A stretch of DNA of 64,000 nucleotides from Verrucomicrobiota bacterium (GCA_047947115.1 CP170459.1:5984001-6048000), one strand, 5' to 3'; positions 23,526-34,410 are shown, counted from the first letter of the stretch. Notes: generated by a model not told the origin, from the letters alone. Made by a program: numbers and translations.

Positions 23526-24608
23526 TCAAGCCCAAGCGCTTCTCAGCACATTGAGAAAATTGCCGTGAAACACCGAACGGATTTGATCCACCGTGTATCC
23601 TCTTTCTGCAAGGATGCTTTCCAGATTTTGGAGATCAGCGATGGATTGCACGTCTCCAGGACATTGTTCCGTACCATATCCCCCGTCCAGATCTGATCCG
23701 ATGCCGACGTGGTTCGCATTACCTGCCAGCTGACAAATATGATCGACGTGATCAATGATGCGTTCGAGTTTTAAATCTACTGATTGAGGGGTGGTGACCC
23801 CTCTCTCCCACCCGACGTGCATCATCCAGGCGTCAAATACCATTCCGATCACTCCGTTTCGTTGAATGATAGCCTTGAGCTGCTCATCATTGAGTTGTCG
23901 CTGGTGAGGTATGATGGATCGACAGTTGCAATGACTTGCCCAAACCGCTCCGCTGAAGATGTCCATAGCTTCCCAAAACGCCTCATCGGACAAGTGGGTG
24001 AGGTCCAGAATCATCCCCAAGCGATCCATTTCGCGCAGCAGATCTTTGCCCGCCTGGCTCAGCCCCCCTTCTGCTCCAGTCCCGGGAGCATACGTTCCCG
24101 GGCCATAATGCCCCAACCCCAGGGCCCGTAGCCCAGACTCGTAGCTGCGCTCCAGATAGGACAAATTCACCATCGAATCAGCCCCTTCCAGGCTGAGAAT
24201 GTAACCGATCGGAAGTTGGTTATGACTACCGGAATCGACACTTGATGAAAACCATTTACCAAGATGTTTCTCCAATTGGTCTAGATCGGTAATCTGCACC
24301 AATTCTCCCTGTTCCTCCATGACTCGATACCAAGCCAGTTGGGCCTGGGTCTGAGCCCAAGCCTGCTCGGGAGAATGCCAACCCGAGAGTTTGCTGCCCG
24401 GCTTGACATAGCGCGCGATCTGTGTTGCTACGCACAAACCAATCTGGCCTCTGCGCATTTCCGGAAAGGTCAACACACCATTGCCTCGATCCGGCTTATC
24501 GGTCCAGGCCGATTCCCGCTCTCTAACAGCCTCAACAGGCTGGCGGAGGTCACGATTCCACTCCATGGCATTCATAGCCAAATCCAGATGAGCATCAAGA
24601 AGGAACAT
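23526..24608 (-). CDS. Membrane dipeptidase (peptidase M19 family)
   Basis: DAHLD, SLEGAD, DLTHLSD, ASHCN and GIGSDLDG motifs; start moved to ATG at 24608. Confidence 0.9.
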   Translation of the reverse strand: MFLLDAHLDLAMNAMEWNRDLRQPVEAVRERESAWTDKPDRGNGVLTFPEMRRGQIGLCVATQIARYVKPGSKLSGWHSPEQAWAQTQAQLAWYRVMEEQGELVQITDLDQLEKHLGKWFSSSVDSGSHNQLPIGYILSLEGADSMVNLSYLERSYESGLRALGLGHYGPGTYAPGTGAEGGLSQAGKDLLREMDRLGMILDLTHLSDEAFWEAMDIFSGAVWASHCNCRSIIPHQRQLNDEQLKAIIQRNGVIGMVFDAWMMHVGWERGVTTPQSVDLKLERIIDHVDHICQLAGNANHVGIGSDLDGGYGTEQCPGDVQSIADLQNLESILAERGYTVDQIRSVFHGNFLNVLRSAWA

Positions 24609-24774
24609 GCGCGTAAGTTCACTCAAGCAACTTGGAAAGGTCAATGCGAATGTGATTCGACCAAAAAAGTTTCAAATGAAAATTCATTTCTTGCCACCAT
24701 CATCCATGGAAAGGACATGAACAAAAACCTGACCCCAATCATCCATATCTGCATGGACTCAAAGCGGATCAACT

Positions 24775-24996
24775 TCAATTAGGTAAAGGTAAAATCGGAC
24801 TTGTCGACCGCTTCATTGTTTTCAACCGCTCCGGGCACCTGAACAGGAGACCAGCCGGCATCCCTGCCCCCCCTTCACTCACAGAGGCTTTGCCGTCCAG
24901 CAATGCGTTCACCTCGCCAGTATCGACCAGGCCGCTCCGATCGAACCATTGATCGATTTTTTCGCCGAAATGATCAGCAGCAGAATGCAAAAACAT
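24775..24996 (-). CDS. Small hypothetical protein (doubtful)
   Basis: 73-aa ORF in an otherwise empty gap; TAGGAT 6 nt before the ATG; no recognisable motif. Confidence 0.3.
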   Translation of the reverse strand: MFLHSAADHFGEKIDQWFDRSGLVDTGEVNALLDGKASVSEGGAGMPAGLLFRCPERLKTMKRSTSPILPLPN

Positions 24997-25231
24997 CAGA
25001 TCATCCTAAGAGGAAGCACCTGGGAGCTTGATGTTTGCAAGCAGGCATGCAAAAAACAAAAGGATTCTTGGCTCTCACAGTACGGTGACAGCTCGCAAAA
25101 ACCGGATTTTTAGATATGATCCTCCCTTTGTCATAGGTATGATTAACCGGAGGGGTGATAATCCGAAAAACAGTAGCCAACTATGAAAAAATTGAAAGAG
25201 AACTATCCTTGGGAGCTCAAAGGCACCATCA

Positions 25232-26410
25232 CTAGGGAAGCCTGCCAAATTTCTTGAGAAGTCCCATCACTTGATCAACAGGAAGTCGATACACGGTGTT
25301 GTGATTGATCCCGGTCATTGTTTCAGCAGCCACCAAGGCATTAATGACCGATTCCTCCACGGAATGAACAGTGGACTGAAAAAACGGATCCAATTGGTCA
25401 TTATCCAGCATACCAACCTGGCGCACACCATTTTGAGCTGCTCCTCCCAAAGGTGCAGTGGAAAATGCAAGGAACAAATCTCCACTGGAATTGGCTCCAA
25501 ACCCCCCGGTACGACCTATTCCCAATCCCGCACGGCGTGCCACTCGTTTCAGTTGATGTGGAAGTAAAGGCGCGTCGGTTGCAATGATGACGATGATGGA
25601 ATGACCGGACCCGATTGGTTCCAAACCGTTCATTACCATTTCACAGCCATCAATCAGATGCCCCAACCTCACTCCGCCAATTGTAAGATCTTCACGTTTC
25701 CCATAATTTGCCTGCACCAGTGTGCCAAGAGTATAGCCATTCTCCAGCACACGGGAAGATGTTCCGATGCCCGCCTTGAATCGGTGGCAGACCATCCCGG
25801 TCCCTCCCCCTACGTTCCCTTCGGTAACCGCCCCCCCCTTGGCGTCATTCAATGCCTGAAAAACGTGTTCCTGCCGAACATGATGCCCCTGAATATCATT
25901 CAACCGCCCATCCCAGGTTTCTGCAACCACCGGCAGAGACGCCCAACCAACCGCATCGTCGGCGTCGTGATATTTGGTCTTGCGCCGCCAAAATATACTG
26001 GCCTCATACACCGCCCCCACGCTGTGTGTGTTGGTCAGCAGAACAGGCTCCTCGAGAAGGCCAGACTCTTCGACCCAGGTCGTTCCGGTCATTTCACCGT
26101 TTCCATTCAAGGTTTCAAAAGCGGCGAACACAGGCTCGAAATGTTTGCCTCTTGGTAGAATGGCAGTCACCCCCGTCCGAACAGGTCCCTCTCCAATGAC
26201 CAATTCGCCATTCCCCATGATCAAGGTACAATGACCGACTTGCACACCTGCCACATCGGTGATGGCATTGAGTTGCCCGGGAGTTCCCTCAAAAGGGATG
26301 CCAAGGTCGCGGGCCCTATCCGCGGCAGTGGAAACCAGGCAAACCCCAGCAACCGCAACAGCAGAAAACCATCGCACATACCTACGCCAACCACGGATGT
26401 TTACCTTCAT
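25232..26410 (-). CDS. P1/S58 family aminopeptidase (DmpA/BapA-like), with signal peptide
   Basis: NAITDVAGVQVGH, RTGVTAI, NGNGEMTG, PVVAETWD, GNVGGGTGM, SIIVIIATDAPL and SSGDLFLAFST; start 26410 or 26419. Confidence 0.9.
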   Translation of the reverse strand: MKVNIRGWRRYVRWFSAVAVAGVCLVSTAADRARDLGIPFEGTPGQLNAITDVAGVQVGHCTLIMGNGELVIGEGPVRTGVTAILPRGKHFEPVFAAFETLNGNGEMTGTTWVEESGLLEEPVLLTNTHSVGAVYEASIFWRRKTKYHDADDAVGWASLPVVAETWDGRLNDIQGHHVRQEHVFQALNDAKGGAVTEGNVGGGTGMVCHRFKAGIGTSSRVLENGYTLGTLVQANYGKREDLTIGGVRLGHLIDGCEMVMNGLEPIGSGHSIIVIIATDAPLLPHQLKRVARRAGLGIGRTGGFGANSSGDLFLAFSTAPLGGAAQNGVRQVGMLDNDQLDPFFQSTVHSVEESVINALVAAETMTGINHNTVYRLPVDQVMGLLKKFGRLP

Positions 26411-26525
26411 GAACTGCATCCCTCCACTCTGCGAAGCCAGAAACGATTTGGCAAGAACGACAGACCGAGCCCTCAGAACTCGACCGACCTGTCTGATCCA
26501 TCGGACCCGAAAGCCCCCCGACCTG

Positions 26526-28013
26526 TCAAACACCACTCAAAGAATCACGCAGGTCCTTCTTGAGAATCTTGCCGGTTGCATTGCGTGGAAGCGCATCCAT
26601 GAAGTGGATGTGACGCGGCACTTTGAACGAAGCCAACTCTGATTTCAGGAAGTTGATCAGAGCGCTTTTATCCGGTTCATGCTCTTCATCCAGAGCAACA
26701 AACGCCACGGGTTGCTCACCTTTCCTTTCATCCTTCAATCCAACCACCGCCGCTTCCTTAACCCCTTCAAACCGGTAAATCAACTCTTCGATTTCTCTCG
26801 GGTAAACATTGATACCATTGACCAGAAGCATGTCCTTCTTGCGATCCGTGATAAACAAGTAGCCATCCTCGTCTGCATATCCCATATCACCTGTTTTCAA
26901 CCAGTTATCCTGCAAAGTTTCCCCAGTGGCATCCGGGCGATTCCAATACCCCATCATCACATTGCCACCTTTCACCCAAAGCTCGCCCGATTCACCAGCA
27001 GGCAAGGGATTGCCATCGTTATCCATGATCGCGACGGAAACGTCGTGCACGGGCAACCCGATTGATCCGGCTTTCCAGGGACCGTCCACCGGGTTCAACG
27101 TCACCACCGGACTGGCTTCACTTAATCCGTATCCTTCGATGAGAGGCACGTTGGACTTGGCATTAAAGCGGTTCAGGACTTCCACCGGCAGGGGCGCCGC
27201 CCCGCTGATACAAAGCCGCAAAGGCAGTTTCGGAAGATCCGCAGACGCAAAGGCCCGATACAACTGCGGAATGGCAGGCATCAAGGTAGCCTCGTGAGTG
27301 ATGATTTCCTTGAGAATATTTTTGGGAGGATTGAGGGACTTGATCAACACGATGGATCCCCCCACCGTCATCGGCAGCAGAATACCGACCGTCATCATGA
27401 AACTGTGAAACATAGGCAAAAGCAACGCCACTCGATCAAGCTCGGTCACCTTCATGGTCACCTCGCAGCTACCGACATTGTGCAGCAGGTTCCCATGGCT
27501 CAACATGGCCCCCTTGGGGCGACCGGTGGTCCCGCTGGTATAAATAATCACGGCCAGATCCTGCTCCTCACTTACATGATCCTCCTCGACGGCCCGCTCC
27601 ACGGAAACCTCACACGTGCCAAGTGAATCCGCCTGAAGGAGCTTGAGGGGGCTGAGATTGGATTGAATCTTTTCCGCAGATGCTCTCAAGGTTTCATCCA
27701 CAAACAGTGCCTTCACTCCGGCGTCTTCCAAAATGTATTGAGTCTCGGAAGATGTCAGAAAATTATTGATAGGCACCACCACCCCGCCGGCTCGCAGGAT
27801 ACCAAACAGAATGGCCACGAACTCGGGGGCGTTTTTCATCCAAATCGCCACCCGATCCCCCGGTTGAACCCCCAGGTCGTGCAACAATTGATGGCGCACA
27901 AACTCGGACTGCCGGAACAGATTTTCGTAAGGTATTTGAGATTCTCCCCAGTAGATCGCAGGCTTCTGCGGGTGTTTGTCGACAGAAGCAACAAAAGCAT
28001 TTGCCAAATTCAT
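26526..28013 (-). CDS. Long-chain fatty acid--CoA ligase
   Basis: YTSGTTGRPKG, EGYGLSE, TGD, DRKKDM and PRNATGKILK; start moved to ATG at 28013. Confidence 0.9.
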   Translation of the reverse strand: MNLANAFVASVDKHPQKPAIYWGESQIPYENLFRQSEFVRHQLLHDLGVQPGDRVAIWMKNAPEFVAILFGILRAGGVVVPINNFLTSSETQYILEDAGVKALFVDETLRASAEKIQSNLSPLKLLQADSLGTCEVSVERAVEEDHVSEEQDLAVIIYTSGTTGRPKGAMLSHGNLLHNVGSCEVTMKVTELDRVALLLPMFHSFMMTVGILLPMTVGGSIVLIKSLNPPKNILKEIITHEATLMPAIPQLYRAFASADLPKLPLRLCISGAAPLPVEVLNRFNAKSNVPLIEGYGLSEASPVVTLNPVDGPWKAGSIGLPVHDVSVAIMDNDGNPLPAGESGELWVKGGNVMMGYWNRPDATGETLQDNWLKTGDMGYADEDGYLFITDRKKDMLLVNGINVYPREIEELIYRFEGVKEAAVVGLKDERKGEQPVAFVALDEEHEPDKSALINFLKSELASFKVPRHIHFMDALPRNATGKILKKDLRDSLSGV

Positions 28014-28131
28014 GGGCCTGATTGTGCGATCAAGCTGGAAGGCCGCCAAGTCATTTTGCTTTGCAAAACATAGCGACAAGCACTTAAAAAAGAGTCAGCC
28101 GGGGACAACACAACCTTTTGCCCGACATAAA

Positions 28132-29220
28132 ATGATGAAAAGCGCGACGGACGAAAACATATTGATCGATCAAAATCAATCTCTTAAAGAGGTCGTGCGC
28201 GCGGTCACACGAGTCGACGAAGTGGCCATCGACACCGAAGCGGACAGCATGCACGCCTATCCGGAAAAAGTCTGCCTGCTTCAAATACGGTGCGGAGACT
28301 CCAGTTGGCTGGTCGATCCGCTTGCAGATATCGACTGTTCCCCCCTGCTGGAAGCTCTCAAGAACAAACCCCTTATTTTTCACGCCGCAGACTACGATCT
28401 TCGACTTCTTTACAAACGTTATGGATTTCGCCCCACACGGGTATTCGACACGATGTGGGCGGCTCGACTGGTCGGACATGAACGATTCGGGTTGGAGTTT
28501 CTGGTCAAGCACTACTTCGACATCCAACTCGAAAAAGGCCCCCAAACCGCCAACTGGGGCATGCGCCCCCTGACGCCCGCCATGGCTCATTATGCGCTGA
28601 ACGACGTGCTTCATCTCAAACCTCTGGCTGAATTGCTGCGCAAGGAATTGACTGAACTCAAGCGTCTGTCGTGGGTGGAGGAAATCTCTGAACGCGTGAT
28701 CGAGCAGGCCTGTCTCCCCGAAGAAGATGTCACCGACACTGAATGGCGGATCAAAGGGGCTTCCAAGCTGAGCAGGCGAGGTTTGGCTTTTCTAAAAGCC
28801 ATCTGGAAATGGCGGGAAACGGAAGCGATCCGCGCAAACCGCCCCCCGTTCTTCATCCTGTCACATGATCTGGCCGCCACGATAGCCGCCCGGGCGGCTG
28901 CCGATGAAAACTGGATAAACCTGATCCCCCGGCGCATGGCCGCCAGAAGACGCCGCCAACTGGAAAAGGCCATGAAAGAAGCTTCCCAAATCAAGCCGAA
29001 CGATTTTCCTCAACGGCTTCAAAAGCCACGGTTTAAAGCCTCCGACAGGGAAAAAAACCGGACCGAAGCGATCAAAAAAGTCAGAGATACGGCAGCCGAA
29101 GCGCTGAAACTCGATCCATCCATCATCGCCAGCAAAGCCACTATGATCCGACTGGGATTGGATGATTCCGATGCAGGTTCCGAGTTGATGCAGTGGCAGC
29201 GGGACGTGCTGAAGCTTTGA
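28132..29220 (+). CDS. rnd: Ribonuclease D
   Basis: DTEAD, FHAADYD, FDT and YALNDV exonuclease motifs plus HRDC (WRETEAIRANRPPFFIL); start moved to 28132. Confidence 0.88.
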   Translation: MMKSATDENILIDQNQSLKEVVRAVTRVDEVAIDTEADSMHAYPEKVCLLQIRCGDSSWLVDPLADIDCSPLLEALKNKPLIFHAADYDLRLLYKRYGFRPTRVFDTMWAARLVGHERFGLEFLVKHYFDIQLEKGPQTANWGMRPLTPAMAHYALNDVLHLKPLAELLRKELTELKRLSWVEEISERVIEQACLPEEDVTDTEWRIKGASKLSRRGLAFLKAIWKWRETEAIRANRPPFFILSHDLAATIAARAAADENWINLIPRRMAARRRRQLEKAMKEASQIKPNDFPQRLQKPRFKASDREKNRTEAIKKVRDTAAEALKLDPSIIASKATMIRLGLDDSDAGSELMQWQRDVLKL

Positions 29221-29224
29221 TCCC

Positions 29225-30469
29225 TCAGAGCTCCATCCGCTGATACGCAAACCCCTTGAGATATTCGGACTCAGGAATCGTCGGGACAATCGGATGATCC
29301 ACCGGTTGACCGTAGGTCTCCACTCGACGCAGGACACATCGATTGTCGGAAGCCGCACTGAGAACCGTCCCCTCAAACGTCAGGGCGTCGATGTGATGGG
29401 AGCAGCAAAATGTCACCAATACTCCATCCGGCTTCAACAACCGCATGGCTCTTAAATGGATTTCCTTGTATCCCCTCAAAGCATCCGGAATAGAGGAGCG
29501 GTTGCGGGTAAAGGAAGGAGGATCCAGAATGATCAAATCGAACAAGGCCGCTTGTTCACCTTCATCGGAGCGCGACGTCTGCTGCTTGAGCCAATCAAAC
29601 ACGTTCCCGTGCACCCATTCGCATTTGTCGGCCAGACCATTCCTTTCTGCGCTGGCTGCAGCGGTTTGAAGGGCCTCTTCACTTTGATCTATGGCGATCA
29701 CCGACGATGCCCCCTCTTTAGCACAATGTAATGCAAAGCCGCCCATGAACGTAAAGCAATCCAGCACTCTGGGTGCATCCATCCGCGCCGCCAGATCGGC
29801 CACGCGCTGGTAATTCTCGTATTGATCCAGATAGACCGCCGTCTTGTGCCCCTGCTCCACATCTATTTCCCAGGACAAGGTGTTCATTTCCACACCTACC
29901 TTGGACCCCACGTCGGAGCCCTCCTTGGAATACAAGACAGAATGACGTTCGGGGAGCCCTTCCATCTTTCTTCCCGTCGAGTTGTTTCGCTCAAGAATGG
30001 CGAGAGGATCCACCACTTCTCTCAATGCTTCCACGATCATGTCCAGGCGTTGATCCATCCCGAAGGATGAAGTCTGCACCACCAGAACGTCCCCATACCG
30101 GTCCACAACCAATCCGCTCAAACCGTCGCTCTCTGAATTGACCAGGCGGTAGCAAGCTCTGCTTCCGAGATGTCGTTGCCGCCAATCCAGAGCTGTCTGA
30201 ATACGCTGCCGAAAAAATTCGGTATCCACACTGACTTTGGATCTGGAAATAAGCCGCACCTGCAGTTTGGATCCCGAGTGGTAAAATCCCAGGCCAAGAA
30301 ACCGCCTTCGATGATCCCTGACCTGAACCACGGCGCCATCGGAGGGATCATGGGTGATTTTGGAAATGTTCCGTGAGTAAATCCAGGGGTGGCCGGCCTG
30401 AATGCGATCTGCTTCACCATGACGCAAATGCACGGTGGGCCACGTCCTTTCGGAGGAATTTTGATTCAT
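29225..30469 (-). CDS. rlmI: 23S rRNA m5C methyltransferase (RlmI family)
   Basis: PUA GHPWIY, SESDGLSGLVVDRY, GHKT.YLDQ, ILDPPSF and PESEYLK. Confidence 0.88.
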   Translation of the reverse strand: MNQNSSERTWPTVHLRHGEADRIQAGHPWIYSRNISKITHDPSDGAVVQVRDHRRRFLGLGFYHSGSKLQVRLISRSKVSVDTEFFRQRIQTALDWRQRHLGSRACYRLVNSESDGLSGLVVDRYGDVLVVQTSSFGMDQRLDMIVEALREVVDPLAILERNNSTGRKMEGLPERHSVLYSKEGSDVGSKVGVEMNTLSWEIDVEQGHKTAVYLDQYENYQRVADLAARMDAPRVLDCFTFMGGFALHCAKEGASSVIAIDQSEEALQTAAASAERNGLADKCEWVHGNVFDWLKQQTSRSDEGEQAALFDLIILDPPSFTRNRSSIPDALRGYKEIHLRAMRLLKPDGVLVTFCCSHHIDALTFEGTVLSAASDNRCVLRRVETYGQPVDHPIVPTIPESEYLKGFAYQRMEL

Positions 30470-30501
30470 TGAATGATGTGTCTAAGGAGTCCGGGACCGG
30501 A

Positions 30502-31935
30502 TTATCCTTGGAGAATCTTTTTACAGGCGCTCTTAAGTGTTTTAAGTCCTTTTTCGGATTTTGCCTCAATGTAGCAACGGATCAGCGGCTCCGTGCCGCT
30601 GGCACGAAACGCCACCCATTCCTGACCGGGCAAAAGGAATTTGTATCCGTCGGTCTTGATGAATTGAGTCACTTTTTGACGGCCAATCTTGTCCAAACCC
30701 TGGGACAGACGTTCCAGCAAAGCTTCCTTCTTATCGGCGGGCACGCGCACGTTGATACGGTCGGTAAAGTACGGTCCGGTGACCTTTTCAATGTCTTTCA
30801 GCACCTCACCCAAGGGCTTGTTTTCACAAGCGTAAAGTTCGGCCATCAGAAGACAGGCGACCACACCGTCCTTTTCAGGAACGTGTCCTTTGACACTCAG
30901 ACCACCGGATTCTTCCCCGCCAACAATAACGGCTTCGGACTCCATCAAAGCGCCGATATGTTTAAAGCCAGTGGGTGTTTCATGCACTTTAACCGCAAAC
31001 ATGGCGGCCACATCATCCACCTGATGACTGGTGGGAACGGTGCGGACAACGGATCCGGTCCATTTACGGTTCTTGGCCAAATGGTAAAGAGCCAGAGCCA
31101 GAATCTGGTTGGGGGTCAGCCAGGTTCCGTCCTGGTCGACGATGCCAAAACGATCCGCGTCGCCATCCAAACCAAGTCCGAGCTGCGCATTGCCCGACAA
31201 AACACATGCCCGAGCGTCCTCCATGCCCTCTTCATTCGGTTCGGGATGACGCCCTTCAAAACCGGGGTTCAAATAATCGTGGAACAAGGTGACCTCGGCG
31301 TTGGCTTCCTTCAGCAATGCGTCGAGGTAACCGCGCCCTGTCCCATACATACATTCCACCGCGATCTTCAATTTGGCGCGTTTGAGTTTTTTAAAATCAA
31401 TGATCTTGCGCACCTGGTCGAAATAATCGGCGCGCGGATCGATGGTTTTGCACTTGAAGGTGTCAGCGTCTTTGAAATCCCAGGTCCACCCCTTTTTCTG
31501 CAGCTTGACGATGTTTTTTTCGATCTTGGACGTCACATCCTGAGGGGCGGGCGCTCCACGGTGGGTTGAAAATTTGAGTCCCTGATATTCGGCCGGATTA
31601 TGGCTGGCGGTCATATTGATGCCACCAATAGCCTTTTTGTGGCGAATGGTATGGGCGATGACAGGTGTTGGAGTATCGCGGTCACACAGAAGCGACGTGA
31701 TGCCGTTCCTGGCAAGCACCTGTCCCACCGTGGTCGCAAAATCAGGCCCCATGAATCGGGCGTCATGCCCCAGAATGACCACAGGCTTACGCCCCTTGAT
31801 CTCGGATTTTTTGCGCTTAAGCTCGCTTTTCAGGTAATCGGCGATGGCCTGAGCCACGAGGACAACGTTTGCGTAGGTAAAATCGCGGGCAATAATGCCG
31901 CGCCATCCGGATGTGCCGAATTTAATGGTGTCCAT
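30502..31935 (-). CDS. Phosphoglucomutase/phosphomannomutase
   Basis: FGTSGWRG, TASHNP, DGDADR, GEESGG and RASGTEP; start moved to ATG at 31935. Confidence 0.93.
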   Translation of the reverse strand: MDTIKFGTSGWRGIIARDFTYANVVLVAQAIADYLKSELKRKKSEIKGRKPVVILGHDARFMGPDFATTVGQVLARNGITSLLCDRDTPTPVIAHTIRHKKAIGGINMTASHNPAEYQGLKFSTHRGAPAPQDVTSKIEKNIVKLQKKGWTWDFKDADTFKCKTIDPRADYFDQVRKIIDFKKLKRAKLKIAVECMYGTGRGYLDALLKEANAEVTLFHDYLNPGFEGRHPEPNEEGMEDARACVLSGNAQLGLGLDGDADRFGIVDQDGTWLTPNQILALALYHLAKNRKWTGSVVRTVPTSHQVDDVAAMFAVKVHETPTGFKHIGALMESEAVIVGGEESGGLSVKGHVPEKDGVVACLLMAELYACENKPLGEVLKDIEKVTGPYFTDRINVRVPADKKEALLERLSQGLDKIGRQKVTQFIKTDGYKFLLPGQEWVAFRASGTEPLIRCYIEAKSEKGLKTLKSACKKILQG

Positions 31936-31961
31936 GGATGAACAGTTGGAATAAGTTGAGA

Positions 31962-32345
31962 TCAACTCTTCCAGTCAAAGGCCTTCTTCTTGATTTCGTA
32001 AACGAAGCCGACCAGAAACAGGAGGAGAAAAATCATCATGGAACCAAAGATCAGATGTGCGTTTTGTTCCAGCATGTCCTTGTAAACGACTGCCCAGGGG
32101 TATAGGAACACCACTTCCACGTCGAACAGGATGAATAACATGGCAACGAGGTAAAACTTGACCGAAAAACGGGCACTTCCCTCGCCAACCGGCTCCATAC
32201 CACATTCATACGCTGTATCTTTAATGCGCGAACGGTACCCCTTCTTACCCGCCAATGCGGAGAACAACAGGGTTCCAAATGCAAAGGCCGAAGCCAGTCC
32301 GAACAACATCAAAACAGGTATGTATTGCGCAATCTGCGATTCCAT
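31962..32345 (-). CDS. nuoA: NADH-quinone oxidoreductase subunit A
   Basis: YECG, FSVKFYLVAMLFILFDVEVVFLYPWA, YE.KK..FDW; start moved to ATG at 32345. Confidence 0.93.
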   Translation of the reverse strand: MESQIAQYIPVLMLFGLASAFAFGTLLFSALAGKKGYRSRIKDTAYECGMEPVGEGSARFSVKFYLVAMLFILFDVEVVFLYPWAVVYKDMLEQNAHLIFGSMMIFLLLFLVGFVYEIKKKAFDWKS

Positions 32346-32457
32346 TACGGAGACATGGTAAAAGCCCCTGCCCCTTATTGGCAAGCGCATTTGTGCAGAT
32401 TCACACGCCCATTCCAATGATTGACGCCAAGTCCCCGCTCAAGTTAGGCTCCAGCCC

Positions 32458-34341
32458 ATGGATCCCGGCCAGCAATTACTATCGCACTTGGACTATGTCA
32501 TCTTCTTCGGCTCTCTGATTCTGGTCATGATCATCGGCTTGTGGGCCGGCCGAAAAGAGGACACGGCACAGGACTTTTATCTCGCCGGCAAAGATGCCCG
32601 CTGGTGGGGCGTGGCAGGTTCCATCTTTGGTTCCAACGTCTCCGCCAACCACATCGTCGGCATGATGGGTGTCGGTTTCAGCTTGGGGTTTGTCGAAAGC
32701 CATTTCGAAATCACCGCCATCGCCGGGCTGTTGCTGCTCTGCTACTTCTTTCTTCCGGTTTACCGTAAGCTCAACATTTACACACTCAGCGACTACCTAA
32801 GTCGGAGGTATGACGACCGATCACGCGTCGCATACGCCATCATCATGATCACAATCATCGTGGTGGTCATGATGGTTCCGGCATTTTATATCGGATCCAG
32901 GGCATTAAACATTCTTCTGGCGGATCAGTCCGTCGTTCAGCAAGCCCTTGATGCTGCGGCAGCCGGCAATCCAACAGGTATCCAAATCAACCAGACCACT
33001 TACATCATCGGGATTCTAATCATGGCGGTCGTGGCTGGTTCTTACACCATTTTTGGCGGATTGAAGGCGGTTATCATTACCGATGTTATTCAATCCGTGT
33101 TCATGCTAGTAGGGGCGGCCATCGTGGCTTACCTCACATTTGGTCAATCTGAAATTGGCGGATGGGCCGGCATGCGCGCCATGGATGCCGAAGGCAAGGA
33201 CCTCATGCACCTTTATCTGCCCATGAATCACCCGGCCAGACCATGGTCGGGTATGCTCAGCGGACTATTGATCCTTCACTTCTACTACTGGAGCGCCAAC
33301 CAGTTCATCGTTCAACGAGCCCTGGCAGCACGGTCGGACCGCGAGGCCAGAATCGGCATCGTCACGGCTGGCTTCTTTAAATTGCTCATACCATTCATGT
33401 CCATCGGAACCGGGGTGGCTGCTTATTACTTCTTCCAGGCCAAAATGCCCGGCGTCCCGGTGGATGGAGATACCGCCTTTCCGCTACTGATGCGCGAAGT
33501 CGTGGCTCCGGTAGGCTGGGGATTGGCCGGACTGGTGGCAGCCGGCTTGATTGGGGCGATACTTTCAAGCGTTGATTCGATGCTAAATTCCGCAGCCACA
33601 CTCATCACATTTGACATCTACAAGAGGTTCATAAATCCGGATGCAACAGAAAAACAATTGATCAGGACGGGACGGATCTGCATCACTTTTTTCGTCATCG
33701 GATCTGCTCTGCTTACCATTTTCATCTTTGATCCAAATTCCAGGGAACCATTCTTCACCTACGTGGCCCGTCACCAAAGCCGGTTAATAGCGGGTTTGGT
33801 GGTTGCATTCGGGGTGGGAATGCTTTGGAAGGGCGCGACAGCGGCAGGAGGGTTTGCTGCGATTATCACGGGAGTCGTGGTTTCCTACGGCCTACTGCCC
33901 GTGTACGCGGCTACTCTTGGCAAATCCGAAACATTCCAGCCTTGGCTGGGCGAACAACTTAATTTCTTCCATGCCGTCTTCGTTGCCGCTATTTGTGCGA
34001 CCATTGTTCATTTTCTGGTCAGCAAATTGACCCAACCGGATGAAAGCAAAGGCCAGCTTACCTGGCATGGCCTGGGACTGATCAGCAAAAACCAGCTCAG
34101 AATCATCGGTATACGCATTTTGCTATCCATCATTGTGTTCGCGGTGTTGGGCGCTCTCATGGCCAGATCGACCATACACCCCGGCATCGCTGCCTTCCTG
34201 GGAGCCGGTTGGACATTGGGCCTCATTTTTTATGCTGTTCGCCAATCTCCAAGAAAATCCGATGAAACGGGATTGGATGATCGATACCTGGCCGGCGTGC
34301 TCGCCGCCTGTGCCGTATTTGTTCTGTTTTACTTCTATTAA
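32458..34341 (+). CDS. Sodium:solute symporter (SSS/SLC5 family)
   Basis: DFYLAG, SIFGSNVSA, GGLKAV..TD.IQ, NQFIVQRALAA and SSVDSMLNS; many TM helices. Confidence 0.92.
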   Translation: MDPGQQLLSHLDYVIFFGSLILVMIIGLWAGRKEDTAQDFYLAGKDARWWGVAGSIFGSNVSANHIVGMMGVGFSLGFVESHFEITAIAGLLLLCYFFLPVYRKLNIYTLSDYLSRRYDDRSRVAYAIIMITIIVVVMMVPAFYIGSRALNILLADQSVVQQALDAAAAGNPTGIQINQTTYIIGILIMAVVAGSYTIFGGLKAVIITDVIQSVFMLVGAAIVAYLTFGQSEIGGWAGMRAMDAEGKDLMHLYLPMNHPARPWSGMLSGLLILHFYYWSANQFIVQRALAARSDREARIGIVTAGFFKLLIPFMSIGTGVAAYYFFQAKMPGVPVDGDTAFPLLMREVVAPVGWGLAGLVAAGLIGAILSSVDSMLNSAATLITFDIYKRFINPDATEKQLIRTGRICITFFVIGSALLTIFIFDPNSREPFFTYVARHQSRLIAGLVVAFGVGMLWKGATAAGGFAAIITGVVVSYGLLPVYAATLGKSETFQPWLGEQLNFFHAVFVAAICATIVHFLVSKLTQPDESKGQLTWHGLGLISKNQLRIIGIRILLSIIVFAVLGALMARSTIHPGIAAFLGAGWTLGLIFYAVRQSPRKSDETGLDDRYLAGVLAACAVFVLFYFY

Positions 34342-34410
34342 CCATTAGAAAATTTAGTGAAACATATCATGAACCCCTGGTGTTTTTACAGACAGTTCAA
34401 TTAAAAAAGC

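Noticed and set aside
30373..31569. 398-aa plus-strand ORF
   Set aside because: Antisense shadow of the PGM/PMM gene with no recognisable motifs.
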